Positions 1 through 9,253 of a DNA stretch of 64,000 nucleotides are shown piece by piece. Under the pieces are notes generated by a model. It was not told where the DNA came from. It saw nothing but the letters and a program-made list of their open reading frames with translations, and made no database searches. Numbering within the stretch: the first letter of the stretch is position 1; every line of letters begins with the position of its first letter. Where the stretch lies: positions 7,042 to 71,041 of the forward strand of contig JAYPUA010000007.1 in the NCBI GenBank assembly GCA_038133845.1, in the 5' to 3' direction. The stretch comes from Deltaproteobacteria bacterium. Its GTDB lineage: Bacteria; SAR324; NAC60-12. The position numbers and the translations under genes are program-made.

Positions 1-261
1 CAGGAGCAGAGCATCTGCTACGAGATGATCCGGATGGCGTGGGCGTCCAACGCCTGTCTGGCGATCGCGCCGCTGCAGGACCTCCTCGGGTGCGACTCGG
101 AGGCCCGGATGAACACTCCGGGAACCGTCGGGGGGAGCAACTGGAGATGGCGCTTGCGGGAAGGGGAAGTTGCGGGGGTCCAGGGCGACTGGCTGAAGCA
201 CATCACCCGAATCTACGGTCGGGCCGAAGTTCCGGAGCAGCTTCCGGAAACCATCGAGTGA
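1..261 (+). CDS. malQ: 4-alpha-glucanotransferase (amylomaltase), C-terminal fragment running in from the window edge
   Basis: Frame 1 reads from base 1 to the stop at 259-261. The translation (...MIRMAWASNACLAIAPLQDLLGCDSEARMNTPGTVGGSNWRWRL...) matches the conserved C-terminus of MalQ-family glucanotransferases. Confidence 0.6.
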   Translation, partial: QEQSICYEMIRMAWASNACLAIAPLQDLLGCDSEARMNTPGTVGGSNWRWRLREGEVAGVQGDWLKHITRIYGRAEVPEQLPETIE

Positions 262-267
262 GCAGCC

Positions 268-1257
268 TCACTCGGGAGGGTCGAAGACGGGAATCAGGAC
301 CTCGAAGCCGTTGACGTGATCCTCTGCGCCTACGAAGCGAATCACGCCTTCGTGAGCGTCAATGGTCTGCCGGGCCAGCAGAAACTCCAGCCCCAGAGTC
401 TCAGACTGCTGGAGCGCGTTCTCCAGCATCTCGGCCAAAGGCTCTTCGCTGGAGATTGGCCACGGAGCGTCGCTGGCCAGGAGGATCTGCATGCGCTGAG
501 GAAACTCCTCCGTCCCGGCGATCACCTTGAGCGTGATCTTCACCGCCGACTCCGGAACCATGCGCTGAAACTCGCGCAACAGCGAGAGCAGCGCCTCTCG
601 CAAGAGCGCTTCGTCAAACCAGATCACCTGCGGCAGCTTGGGAGAGGCGAACAGCCGCACGGTCTGTCCCATCCAGTTTTGCTGCCGGGCCAGCTCCTTG
701 AAAAACCCGAGCGTCTCCACCTCATCCACCTGAGGGCTCGGGGCGTTCTCCAGATCTGCTGCACAGGAAAGCACCCGACGGATCTGCTGCACCGTCTGCT
801 CCGAGTCATGACGGCAGCTGTGCAGCACCCCAAGAACCTCCGGATGTGCCTCCTTCAGGGTTGCCCGGGTGATCTGGTCATTCAGCCGGATCATCGGGGC
901 ATCGAGCTTGGCAAGCAGGCGGGTCAGCACTCGGCGCGGGTGGTAGGCAAGGATCTGCTGGATCTCGTCGTTGGACCGGGAACGGTGATAGTCCAGCTGC
1001 TGCTCCAGCGAGCGGATGCGCTTGTTCCGGGTGATCACTTCATCGGAAAAGCGCTGCTGGTGGCTCCGGAGGCGGTCCTCAATCGACTCTCGCTCCTCCT
1101 TGAGCGCCCGACGGTGCTCTTCACGCTCTTCTTCAAGCCGATAGCGCGACTCTCGCTTCAGGGCCTGCAGCTCTTCCTGGAGCCTTGCGTTCTCTCGACG
1201 CAACTTTTCCACCAAGAGGTCGGTTTCGTCCAGAAGAATGTGCTCAGTTGCTTCCAC
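268..1257 (-). CDS. Hypothetical protein with a long charged coiled-coil N-terminal region
   Basis: 329 aa ORF. The N-terminal 100 aa is rich in E/R/L heptad-like repeats (LRRENARLQEELQALKRE...). No catalytic motif recognised. Confidence 0.5.
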   Translation of the reverse strand: MEATEHILLDETDLLVEKLRRENARLQEELQALKRESRYRLEEEREEHRRALKEERESIEDRLRSHQQRFSDEVITRNKRIRSLEQQLDYHRSRSNDEIQQILAYHPRRVLTRLLAKLDAPMIRLNDQITRATLKEAHPEVLGVLHSCRHDSEQTVQQIRRVLSCAADLENAPSPQVDEVETLGFFKELARQQNWMGQTVRLFASPKLPQVIWFDEALLREALLSLLREFQRMVPESAVKITLKVIAGTEEFPQRMQILLASDAPWPISSEEPLAEMLENALQQSETLGLEFLLARQTIDAHEGVIRFVGAEDHVNGFEVLIPVFDPPE

Positions 1258-1334
1258 TTGTCTTCAAAAGTGAAGGTTTGTTATAGTGCTTTTCATGCAT
1301 TCCTCCTGATTCCCCAACACACGCTTGAGCCTGG

Positions 1335-2453
1335 ATGAACCTCCTGACCTATTCTCATTCTGCAGGAACTCTGCTCCGAACAGCATTTCGGCTGTATCAG
1401 CACCACTTCATTCCGATGATGGCGCTGGCCCTGGTGCTGCTGATTCCTTCTCTGCTGATCATGACCCTCCGGGGGCTTCAGGGCAACGACTCGCTGTTTC
1501 AGACCGAGCAGCTGGTGATCACCCTGATGATGGGGGTCCTGGAGTCGGCCATGGCGCTAGGGATCCTCTCGCTCGCTGCCGGTTCGATCTTCCCGACCTC
1601 CGGGCTGATCCGCATCCTGCGCTCACGCATGATCCTGGGCGCAATCCACATCGCAATTTTGCTCTACCTGATGCGCTTCCTGGGGCTGACCGGCATCATG
1701 CTGCCGTTTCCCATGAACTTCCTGCTGGTCGCCTTCTGGATTCTCAGCCACTTCTTCTTTGCCCTCGCTCAACCCGTGTATGCGATCGAGGGAGAGCGTG
1801 GGATGCGCGCCCTGATCCGGAGCTTCCGGCTAGTCCGGCAGAACCTCCCCCGCGTCTTCGGGATCACGGTCTTCAGCTACTCGCTGCAGATTGGGGTGCT
1901 GTTTCTGCTACTCCAGCTCTTCCTCCCGGACTTTGACTCGTCCATGGATGAGCTCTCCACTCTGGAGCAACTCTTCAACGCTCCGGAGCTGACAAACTCC
2001 ATCAGCTTGGCCCAGCATCTGACCGCGCTGATCTTCTATCCGTTCGCAGCGCTTCTGTCGGTACTCCTGTACTTCGACATTGCACATCGAGAGTCCGGAT
2101 TTCAGACCGCTCCTCTCGAGCACATGGCCCTCAGCCTCTTTGGCATCACTCCGAAGCAACCGGCCGCTCCTCAAACGGAAGAGTTCTCTCAGCCGGAAGA
2201 CGAGCCTGTTGAGGTTTCGGAAGAGCCCGAGAGGATCAGCCCCATGGCTCAGGATGAACCAAGGCCGGAAGGGGATTTCCTCGCGGAAGAGCCCAAGCCT
2301 GTTGCCGAAAAGCCTGACGAACCGGAGGGCATCCACCTCACGCCCCGGAGCGAGCCGAAGCCCGAGGAGTCGCCTGAGCCGAAGCCCGAGGAGAGCCCTC
2401 GTCCGGAAGATTCGGAAGAGGCTTCCAGGAAGCCTGACCCGGAGAAGCCGTGA
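1335..2453 (+). CDS. Integral membrane protein with a Pro/Glu-rich repetitive C-terminal tail
   Basis: 372 aa with multiple hydrophobic helices. The C-terminus carries EPKPEESP-type repeats encoded by tandem DNA repeats around 2330-2410. The gene overlaps engB by 4 nt. Confidence 0.55.
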   Translation: MNLLTYSHSAGTLLRTAFRLYQHHFIPMMALALVLLIPSLLIMTLRGLQGNDSLFQTEQLVITLMMGVLESAMALGILSLAAGSIFPTSGLIRILRSRMILGAIHIAILLYLMRFLGLTGIMLPFPMNFLLVAFWILSHFFFALAQPVYAIEGERGMRALIRSFRLVRQNLPRVFGITVFSYSLQIGVLFLLLQLFLPDFDSSMDELSTLEQLFNAPELTNSISLAQHLTALIFYPFAALLSVLLYFDIAHRESGFQTAPLEHMALSLFGITPKQPAAPQTEEFSQPEDEPVEVSEEPERISPMAQDEPRPEGDFLAEEPKPVAEKPDEPEGIHLTPRSEPKPEESPEPKPEESPRPEDSEEASRKPDPEKP

Positions 2454-3043
2454 AGGTCACCTCGGCCTCCTTGGTGTTGAGCGCAGCGTCGGTCCGGCAG
2501 TTTCCTCCAGAGGACCTCCCGGAGGTGGCTTTTGCCGGAAAGTCGAACGTGGGCAAGTCGACCATGATCAACTCCCTGCTCAATCGCAAGGGCCTGGTGA
2601 AGACCAGTTCCACCCCCGGAAAAACCCAGTTGATCAATTTTTTTCTCATCAATCAACGTTTTCATTGCGTGGATCTTCCAGGGTATGGATACGCCAAGGT
2701 CCCTGCTGCAGTGAAAGCGGGATGGCGAGCCTTGATCGAGTCCTACCTCTCTGAGCGGAATCAGCTTCAGGGAGTAGTGCTGATTGTGGACAGCCGGCAC
2801 GGACCGACGCGTGACGACCTCCAGCTCAAGGACTGGCTGGACTACCATCAACGCCCCGTATTGGTCGTGGCCAACAAGGTAGACAAGCTAAAGAGGAACG
2901 AGGTCAACAAGCAGCTCCGGAGCATCCAGCAAGCTCTCAACCTCCCAGAACTGCCCCTCCAGCACTCCTCTTTGGCCAAAATCGGACGTCCGGAGATCTG
3001 GAAAGCCCTGGGGTTCTGGCTCCGCGAGCCGGCGGGAGGGTGA
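2450..3043 (+). CDS. engB: Ribosome biogenesis GTP-binding protein EngB/YihA/YsxC
   Basis: GTG start. G1 motif GKSNVGKST, DLPGYGYA and NKVDK GTPase motifs. 197 aa. Confidence 0.85.
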   Translation: MKVTSASLVLSAASVRQFPPEDLPEVAFAGKSNVGKSTMINSLLNRKGLVKTSSTPGKTQLINFFLINQRFHCVDLPGYGYAKVPAAVKAGWRALIESYLSERNQLQGVVLIVDSRHGPTRDDLQLKDWLDYHQRPVLVVANKVDKLKRNEVNKQLRSIQQALNLPELPLQHSSLAKIGRPEIWKALGFWLREPAGG

Positions 3044-3051
3044 GCAGCTCC

Positions 3052-3080
3052 GTGCCAGCCAGCATCAGGCCCGCCGGCAC
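3052..3080. terminator. Imperfect GC-rich hairpin between convergent engB and ndk, a possible bidirectional terminator
   Basis: GTGCCAGCC...GCCGGCAC inverted repeat lying between the engB stop (3043) and the ndk stop (3090). Confidence 0.3.
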
Positions 3081-3089
3081 GAAAGGTCC

Positions 3090-3521
3090 TCAGCTTCCCG
3101 AGTTCACCAGTTCGGTTTTTGAAAAGAAGTAGGCAATTTCAATTGCCGCGTTCTCCAGGCTGTCCGAGCCGTGAACCGTATTCTCTCCAATGCTCTGGGC
3201 AAAGTCCTTGCGGATCGTGCCTTCAGCGGCATCTGCAGGGTTGGTGGCTCCCATCACCTCTCGGTGCTTGGCCACTGCGTTCTCTCCCTCCAGCACCGTC
3301 ACCACCACCGGACTCCGGGTCATGAACTCGGTCAACTCGCCGAAGAACGGACGTCCGCGGTGGACCTCGTAGAAACCTTCCGCCTCCTTCAGAGACAGGT
3401 GCTTCATCTTCGTGGACACAATGCGCAGCCCATTTTGCTCAAAGCGCTGCAGGATGCTCCCGATGAGGTTGCGCTCAACGCCGTCGGGCTTGATGATGGA
3501 GAGGGTTTGCTCGATTGCCAT
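3090..3521 (-). CDS. ndk: Nucleoside diphosphate kinase
   Basis: [21 protein letters not shown]... The active-site region NAVHGSDS (NxxHGSD) is present. Start taken at the internal Met matching the canonical Ndk N-terminus. Confidence 0.9.
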   Translation of the reverse strand: MAIEQTLSIIKPDGVERNLIGSILQRFEQNGLRIVSTKMKHLSLKEAEGFYEVHRGRPFFGELTEFMTRSPVVVTVLEGENAVAKHREVMGATNPADAAEGTIRKDFAQSIGENTVHGSDSLENAAIEIAYFFSKTELVNSGS

Positions 3522-3563
3522 GGTTCGGTTTTCAGGATGGTTCGAGGTTGACAAAAAGCTGAC

Positions 3564-4175
3564 TCAGGTCAGCGTACAGAAGTTCTTCAGGACCTGAAGG
3601 CCTGCATTCTGGCTCTTCTCCGGGTGAAACTGAACGCCCCAGACGTTGTCTTGACGCACAACCGAGGCGAACGGGTAGCCATACTCCGTCTGTGCCAGCA
3701 CCTGCTGCGGGTCCTTCGGCTGCAGGTGGAAGGAGTGCACGAAGTAGAAGTAGCTGCCTTGGGGAATTTCGGCAAACAGCAGGTCCTCCCGGAGCGGGTG
3801 CACGGAGTTCCAGCCAATCTGCGGGATCTTGAGGTCGTGCCGGAAGCGCTGAACCCCCCCGGGAATCCAGCCCAGCCCAGGGTGAGGACCGTCCTCTTCT
3901 CCTTCCTCAAGGAGCAACTGTGCACCTACACAGATGCCCAGCAGCGGGGTCCCCTGCGACCGTCGGGTCTCAATGGCCTCCAGCATTCCGGAGGCCTGCA
4001 GGTGCTGCATGGCGGGGCCAAATGCACCGACTCCAGGCAGCAAGATGCGGTCGGCCTCAAGCACCTGATCCGGCGTCCGGACCACCTCTCCCGGAATCTC
4101 CAGAAAGTCCAAGGCATTCTTCAGGTTTGCGAGGTTGCCGACGTTGTAGTCAATGATGACGTTCCGGGAGGTCAC
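3564..4175 (-). CDS. hisH: Imidazole glycerol phosphate synthase, glutamine amidotransferase subunit HisH
   Basis: Class I GATase motifs: GICVGAQ with the catalytic Cys, and the HSF...HPE C-terminus. Overlaps hisB by 4 nt. Confidence 0.9.
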   Translation of the reverse strand: MTSRNVIIDYNVGNLANLKNALDFLEIPGEVVRTPDQVLEADRILLPGVGAFGPAMQHLQASGMLEAIETRRSQGTPLLGICVGAQLLLEEGEEDGPHPGLGWIPGGVQRFRHDLKIPQIGWNSVHPLREDLLFAEIPQGSYFYFVHSFHLQPKDPQQVLAQTEYGYPFASVVRQDNVWGVQFHPEKSQNAGLQVLKNFCTLT

Positions 4176-4765
4176 AGGACGCCCTTGGTCGAGGTGACCT
4201 CACCTCTTCGGGGATCCGGTTCCACAGCCGATCGCAACGCCCGGGCCAGCGCCTTGAACAGCCCCTCGCACTTGTGGTGATCGTTCTCTCCGTCCAGGAT
4301 TGCGAGGTGCAGGGTACTCCGGGAAGCAATCGCAAAGGACTTGAAGAAGTGCGGGATCAACTGCGTGTCCAGTTGCCCGATCATCGGCTGGGTGAAACCG
4401 CCACGCATCACAAAATCGGGACGCCCGGAGAGGTCGATCACGCATCGCAGCAAGGCCTCGTCCATCGGGATGTAGGCGTGTCCGTAACGCTGGATGCCCT
4501 GCTTGTCTCCCAGGGCCTCCAACACGGCACCTCCCAAAGCCAGCGCGATGTCCTCGGTCGTGTGGTGTCCGTCAATGTGCAGGTCCCCATCACACTGAAC
4601 CTCCAGGTCCAGCAGTCCGTGAAAGGCCAGCTGCTGAAGCATGTGGTCCAGAAATCCGAGCCCGGTCTGGACCTTGTGGGTTCCTGAGCCATCCAAGTTG
4701 ACCCGGATCCGAACTCGGGTCTCCTTGGTCACACGTTCCAGTTCCGCAATTCTCTGAGGCATCGG
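4172..4765 (-). CDS. hisB: Imidazoleglycerol-phosphate dehydratase HisB
   Basis: MPQRIAELERVTKETRVRIRVNLDGSG..., and the HIDGHHTTEDIALALG motif of IGPD. Start chosen at the internal Met matching the canonical N-terminus. Confidence 0.9.
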   Translation of the reverse strand, partial: PMPQRIAELERVTKETRVRIRVNLDGSGTHKVQTGLGFLDHMLQQLAFHGLLDLEVQCDGDLHIDGHHTTEDIALALGGAVLEALGDKQGIQRYGHAYIPMDEALLRCVIDLSGRPDFVMRGGFTQPMIGQLDTQLIPHFFKSFAIASRSTLHLAILDGENDHHKCEGLFKALARALRSAVEPDPRRGEVTSTKGVL

Positions 4766-4773
4766 GGCTTCCT

Positions 4774-6279
4774 TCAGAAGGAGTAGGTCAGGCGTCCGGC
4801 GACATGAGTCAGCAGCTCTCCGTTCGTCCCCAGACCCGGAGCAGCATCGGAGTAGCTGAAGGCAGGTCCGACCTGGAAGAGGTTGATGTCCAGGTCCGCC
4901 TGAAGGTGTCGGACCAGCGGGAAGGAGAAGGTGTTGTCCCACTCGAGTCCAATGTCCTTGACGTGCCTGCCATCCTGGTCGATCACCGACTGGAGGTGCT
5001 TGAGCTGGTAGAGGCCAAAGCGGTAGGTCAGGTCGCTCTCCGGGACGTTGTAGAGCAGCCGCAGCCCAAGCAACTGAGTGTTGTTGATCGAACGCCCAAG
5101 CCCAGTGCCGCTGTTCAGGTTCAGGCTTCCGCCGTTGAAGTAGAACTGAGTGCCTTGATAGGTTCCCGGGACGATCTCGTAGTAGCCCTCCAGACCCCGC
5201 TGGTAGTTGGCTGTGGCGTTGTCCAGCTGTTCGTCTCCCCGGGCGTTCATCCAGAGCAGTCCAAACTCTCCGGTCTGGGTCTTGTAAACCAACTCTCCCT
5301 CCGTGGCCACCCCGCTGAGCTTGTACAGTTCCTGAGCGTGGCGATCGGAGGCTACAAAGTAGCGGCGATTCCCTTGGTTGGACACCACGTCCGCATAGAC
5401 ACGCAGCTTCGACGTCTCCCAGAGAAAGCGCAGCCCAAAGTACTCCTGCTCGTGTGCGTTGTAGTACAAAGGCTGTCCGGCAGCATTGGTCAGGAGTCCG
5501 GTCGTGCTTGTGTTGTCTGCAGGACGGATGGCAGGATGCAGCCGGCTTCCCAAAGGAATGTCGTGCTCGCTGTACTTGATACGGAAGATCTCTGCCCGGA
5601 TCACGTTCACCGGGTTCTCCGAAGCGTCCAGTTCGTAGACAAACGGGTAGTCCAGAGAGAGCGCATAGAGCCAGTCGCCATCAACGGTGGAGAGCTTGTA
5701 GGCTCCGAATTCATAGCACCACGTTCCAGTGCGGCACTCCGGCTGCGCGAAGCCGGTCAGGAGTCCATTGAAGACCTTCCCCCGTCGATCCCCCAAGTTG
5801 ACTTCCTGCTTTCCAACGCGGAGGGTGTTCCTCGGGTTGAAGTTCAGGTCCAGGTACGACTGCCGGGCAACGACCCCGATGTTCTGGGAGTCCGCCTCGC
5901 CCACCTGCCGGGTTGAGCCGTCCCGCAGATCGGAGCGGTAGTAGGGCTCTTGTGCGGTGGAGAGCTCCAGAACCAATGAGGCCATTGGATGGACCACGGA
6001 CTTCATCTTCAGGCGCAACTCCTGATCCAGCGCGAACTCTTCCGGAGAGTTGGTCCCGGGACGTGACTCCGGAAGATTGCTTGCGCTCAAGAGGCTGGTG
6101 CGGAAGCGAAAGTCTCCGGAGAGTTGAACTCCCGGAGAAAACATCAGGCGCTCTTCCCGTTCCCGCATATCCCCACGCTCCAGCGGGATGAAATTGGACT
6201 GCGACCAAACCGGAGCAGGAAGCGCTGCCAATCCGATGATGCTGAAGAGAAAGAAACGAAGGGGGCTTCGAAGAAGCAA
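4774..6279 (-). CDS. Outer-membrane beta-barrel protein, porin-like, with a C-terminal Phe
   Basis: Signal-like LRFFLFSIIGLAALPAPVWSQ, alternating beta-strand pattern, terminal ...RLTYSF. The start is uncertain: a TTG at 6277-6279 preceded by AAGAG is proposed, and the raw ORF extends to 6408. Confidence 0.6.
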   Translation of the reverse strand: MLLRSPLRFFLFSIIGLAALPAPVWSQSNFIPLERGDMREREERLMFSPGVQLSGDFRFRTSLLSASNLPESRPGTNSPEEFALDQELRLKMKSVVHPMASLVLELSTAQEPYYRSDLRDGSTRQVGEADSQNIGVVARQSYLDLNFNPRNTLRVGKQEVNLGDRRGKVFNGLLTGFAQPECRTGTWCYEFGAYKLSTVDGDWLYALSLDYPFVYELDASENPVNVIRAEIFRIKYSEHDIPLGSRLHPAIRPADNTSTTGLLTNAAGQPLYYNAHEQEYFGLRFLWETSKLRVYADVVSNQGNRRYFVASDRHAQELYKLSGVATEGELVYKTQTGEFGLLWMNARGDEQLDNATANYQRGLEGYYEIVPGTYQGTQFYFNGGSLNLNSGTGLGRSINNTQLLGLRLLYNVPESDLTYRFGLYQLKHLQSVIDQDGRHVKDIGLEWDNTFSFPLVRHLQADLDINLFQVGPAFSYSDAAPGLGTNGELLTHVAGRLTYSF

Positions 6280-6475
6280 GATGACTCTTTGACAGATGGG
6301 AACGTTCCGAAGACCGGAACACTTGCGAAACACTGGAAATAAACATAAAAAGTTATGAAGTTCAGGAAAGAGCTTCAAGTTTTTTCCAAAGTTTCTCCGG
6401 GAGATCAAGGGATTCCAGACCCCGGAAGCGCTTGATCAGTCAGGATCCCCAACCCTCGCTCCTTCGCCTCCTCTG

Positions 6476-7168
6476 ATGCTTTACCTCAGCCACTGCCTCG
6501 CTGCAGACACACCACGCTACGGAAACTCCGGAGCGCTGGAGTTGAAACAGACCAAGTGCCTCCAGTGCGGAGACACCTCCAACAACACCGATCTGCTCTT
6601 TGGAGCCCACACCGGAACTCATATCGACGCGCCCCTGCATTTTGACCCGGAGGGAGCTCCGCTGGAGTCCTTTCCTCCCGAGTTCTGGATCTGCGAACAC
6701 CCTTGGCTGATCGAGCAGGAAGCGACCCCCGGAGAGATCATCGGGCTGGAGCGCTGGCTCTCGGCGCTGGAGCGCGTTCCTGAAGATACCGACCTGCTCC
6801 TGGTCAAGACCGGGTTTGAGCAGCATCGCGCTGAACCCGGAGCCTCCTCCACCTACATCTTCCAAAACCCTGGGTTCGCTCCGGAGGTTGGGCTGTGGCT
6901 GCGGGCGCACCGGAAGCTCCGGATGATCGGGTTCGACTTCATCTCGCTAACCAGCTACACCGATCGTCCGCTGGGACGCATCGCGCACCGAGCCTTCCTG
7001 GCTCAGAACCCGGAAGGCGCCTCCGGTCCCCTGGCCGATCCGATCCTGATCGTTGAGGACATGCACCTCGCAGACTTGACTGCAGTCCCGAAGCGGGTGA
7101 TCGTCGCTCCCTTGCGCTACACCTCTGCAGACGGTGCCCCGGTTACCGTGCTGGCAGAGCTTCCCTGA
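6476..7168 (+). CDS. Cyclase-family protein (kynurenine formamidase-like metal hydrolase)
   Basis: HTGTHIDAPLHF motif, characteristic of the putative cyclase / kynurenine formamidase family. Confidence 0.7.
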   Translation: MLYLSHCLAADTPRYGNSGALELKQTKCLQCGDTSNNTDLLFGAHTGTHIDAPLHFDPEGAPLESFPPEFWICEHPWLIEQEATPGEIIGLERWLSALERVPEDTDLLLVKTGFEQHRAEPGASSTYIFQNPGFAPEVGLWLRAHRKLRMIGFDFISLTSYTDRPLGRIAHRAFLAQNPEGASGPLADPILIVEDMHLADLTAVPKRVIVAPLRYTSADGAPVTVLAELP

Positions 7169-7187
7169 ACCCCTCCGGAGGTCCTTG

Positions 7188-8087
7188 ATGTTTCCCCAAT
7201 CTGTCCGAATTGTTGAAGTGGGTCCTCGAGACGGACTTCAGAACGAGACCGCCTGGGTTCCAACCGAGACCAAGGTGGAGCTGATCCGAAAGCTCGCTCA
7301 GGCGGGGTTGACCTCGATTGAAGCCACCAGCTTCGTCAGCCCCAAGTGGGTTCCTCAGATGCGAGATGCGCCGCTGGTCCTCGAGCGGCTTCATGATCTG
7401 GTCGGAGTCCGCCTCTCGGTTCTCACTCCCAACCTGCAGGGGTTTGAGCGGGCCATGGCCGCAGGAGCTGAGGAGGTCGCGGTCTTTGCCGCAGCATCCG
7501 AGACCTTCTCGCAAAAGAACATCAACTGCTCGATTGCAGAATCTCTGGAGCGTTTTCAGCCGATCCTCGAAGGCGCGCGCGCCTTGGAAATTCCGGTGCG
7601 CGGCTATTTGTCCTGCGTGCTGGGGTGTCCGTACGAAGGAGAGGTCGAACCTCAAGCAGTGGTCGACCTGGCCAAAGAGTTGATCCGTCAGGGATGCTAC
7701 GAAGTCTCTCTGGGAGACACCATCGGACGCGGCACACCGCTCAAGGCAAGACGCCTGGTCGAGCAGGTCGCGCAGGAAATCTCCTTGGAGCAGGTGGCCC
7801 TGCACTTTCACGACACACGGGGGCAGGCTCTGGCGAACCTGTATGCCTGTTTGGATCTGGGAGTTTCGGTGGTGGATGCCTCGGTGTCCGGACTCGGAGG
7901 GTGTCCGTATGCTCGTGGAGCCTCCGGGAACGTCGCGACGGAGGATGTTGTCTACATGCTCAACGGGATGGGGATCCGGACCGGAGTGCAGTTGGAGTCG
8001 CTGATTGAGACCGGGAGATTCATCAGCCGGGCGCTGGATCGCACCCCGCAGAGCCGCGTCAGCCAAGCATCCCCGGAAGTTCAGTAG
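7188..8087 (+). CDS. Hydroxymethylglutaryl-CoA lyase
   Basis: VRIVEVGPRDGLQNE N-terminal motif and the GLGGCPYA motif of HMG-CoA lyase. Start taken at the internal Met. Confidence 0.85.
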   Translation: MFPQSVRIVEVGPRDGLQNETAWVPTETKVELIRKLAQAGLTSIEATSFVSPKWVPQMRDAPLVLERLHDLVGVRLSVLTPNLQGFERAMAAGAEEVAVFAAASETFSQKNINCSIAESLERFQPILEGARALEIPVRGYLSCVLGCPYEGEVEPQAVVDLAKELIRQGCYEVSLGDTIGRGTPLKARRLVEQVAQEISLEQVALHFHDTRGQALANLYACLDLGVSVVDASVSGLGGCPYARGASGNVATEDVVYMLNGMGIRTGVQLESLIETGRFISRALDRTPQSRVSQASPEVQ

Positions 8088-9250
8088 TAGCGCGATGCCT
8101 GAAAGAGTGGGAGGTAGACAGAGAGCAGCACCCCCAACACGCCCAGGGCCACGAGCAGCAGCACCAGAGGTCCGAGCAGGATGTTGATCCGGTTGAGACG
8201 CCCCTGGACTCGCTCTCGAAGCTGCACCCCGAACTGCCGGAAACCTTCCGTGAGTGCTCCGCTCTCCTCTGCCAAATGGAGCATCCGGACCAAGGTGGGC
8301 TCGCTCCAAGGCACCTGCTGGAACGCCTCGGAGGTTCTCTTTCCGGAATGAATCGCCTGCTCCACCTCCTTCAGAGGCTGGCTCAACGCTGGAGGGAGAA
8401 TCCGGGCAACCAGAGGCAACGCCTCCTGAAGCTGCACCCCGGAACGCAGGAGCAACTCCATGCCTGTGCAGTAGAACATGATCCGGCTCTCCCTCAGCAG
8501 CGTGCCTCCTCCCGGAAGCAGGCTCCATAAGGCCTCCCAGCGCCAGCGATGCCAAACCCCTGCGGCCCCGGTGAGCACGCCTCCTAGCGCCAGCAGCGCC
8601 GAGACCGGATGCTCCCGGAGCAGTTCGCTGAGCTTGAGCAGGCCCCAGGTTCCCCAGAACAGGTCCTCTCCAAAACGCAGGTACAGGCGCTCGAACATCG
8701 GGATGATCAGCACCACAAGCCCCAGAGTGACTCCCAGAAAAAGCGCCAGCACCAGCAGCGGATAGCTAAGGACCTTTTGCTGTTCCCGGGCCATTTCGTG
8801 CTGAAAGCGATAGAACCCGGTCAGGTCGTCCACTACCTGAGGCAGGCGATCTGCCGCTTCGGCAACCCGGATGAGTTGTACCACAAAAGGAGGCATTCCC
8901 CCAAACCGGGCGAGGGTTTCGCTGAAGCGTGTCCCCTGGTGCAGACTCTCTCTCATGCGTCGGAGGCGGTAGCGCACAGCCAAGGCCGGATATGCCTCGG
9001 CCATCAAGCCCAACGCATCTGCCAACCGCAAGTGAGAGGCGAGGAGTTGCCCCAAATGAACAAGCCACTCCAGCACCTGCCGCTCTGACAATGAGCCGAA
9101 GACGTCGGCATCCGGGATGTTCCAGGATTGCACCTGGAACACACCCTGTTGGTTAAGATGCTGCTCCAGCTCTTCTGCCGACTCCCTCTCTTCAGCGCCT
9201 TCCAGGCTGGTTCCTTCCAGACTGGTTCCCTGCCAAAGAAAGTGAGCCAT
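8081..9250 (-). CDS. Type II secretion / type IV pilus platform protein (GspF/PilC family)
   Basis: 389 aa with the two repeated GspF-type domains and 3 TM segments (…LLVLALFLGVTLGLVVLIIP…, …LLGPLVLLLVALGVLGVLLSVYLP…). Lies 3 nt downstream of the der stop. Confidence 0.8.
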   Translation of the reverse strand: MAHFLWQGTSLEGTSLEGAEERESAEELEQHLNQQGVFQVQSWNIPDADVFGSLSERQVLEWLVHLGQLLASHLRLADALGLMAEAYPALAVRYRLRRMRESLHQGTRFSETLARFGGMPPFVVQLIRVAEAADRLPQVVDDLTGFYRFQHEMAREQQKVLSYPLLVLALFLGVTLGLVVLIIPMFERLYLRFGEDLFWGTWGLLKLSELLREHPVSALLALGGVLTGAAGVWHRWRWEALWSLLPGGGTLLRESRIMFYCTGMELLLRSGVQLQEALPLVARILPPALSQPLKEVEQAIHSGKRTSEAFQQVPWSEPTLVRMLHLAEESGALTEGFRQFGVQLRERVQGRLNRINILLGPLVLLLVALGVLGVLLSVYLPLFQASRYY

Positions 9251-9253
9251 CGT

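Noticed and set aside
268-1257. Idea that the C-terminus of the coiled-coil protein is a histidine-kinase-like HATPase_c domain (LENALQ...GLEFLLARQTIDAHEGVI)
   Set aside because: An N-box-like and a G2-like stretch are present, but there is no DxGxG G1 box between them and the spacing is too short. That is not enough to call a GHKL ATPase.
316-1338. 340 aa plus-strand ORF overlapping the 268-1257 minus-strand gene
   Set aside because: Its translation is low-complexity Leu/Arg/His/Gln-rich with no motifs, typical of an antisense frame of a high-GC gene. The minus-strand frame has coherent coiled-coil sequence.
2150-2450. Tandem DNA repeats (gagccgaagcccgaggag...) checked for CRISPR-like or other non-coding repeat structure
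   Set aside because: The repeats are in-frame and encode the EPKPEESP low-complexity tail of the membrane protein. There are no spacer-repeat regularity and no cas genes.
7143-8555. 470 aa minus-strand ORF across the HMG-CoA lyase and gspF region
   Set aside because: It is antisense to two well-supported genes, with Arg/Gly/Ala/Pro-rich composition and no domain features.
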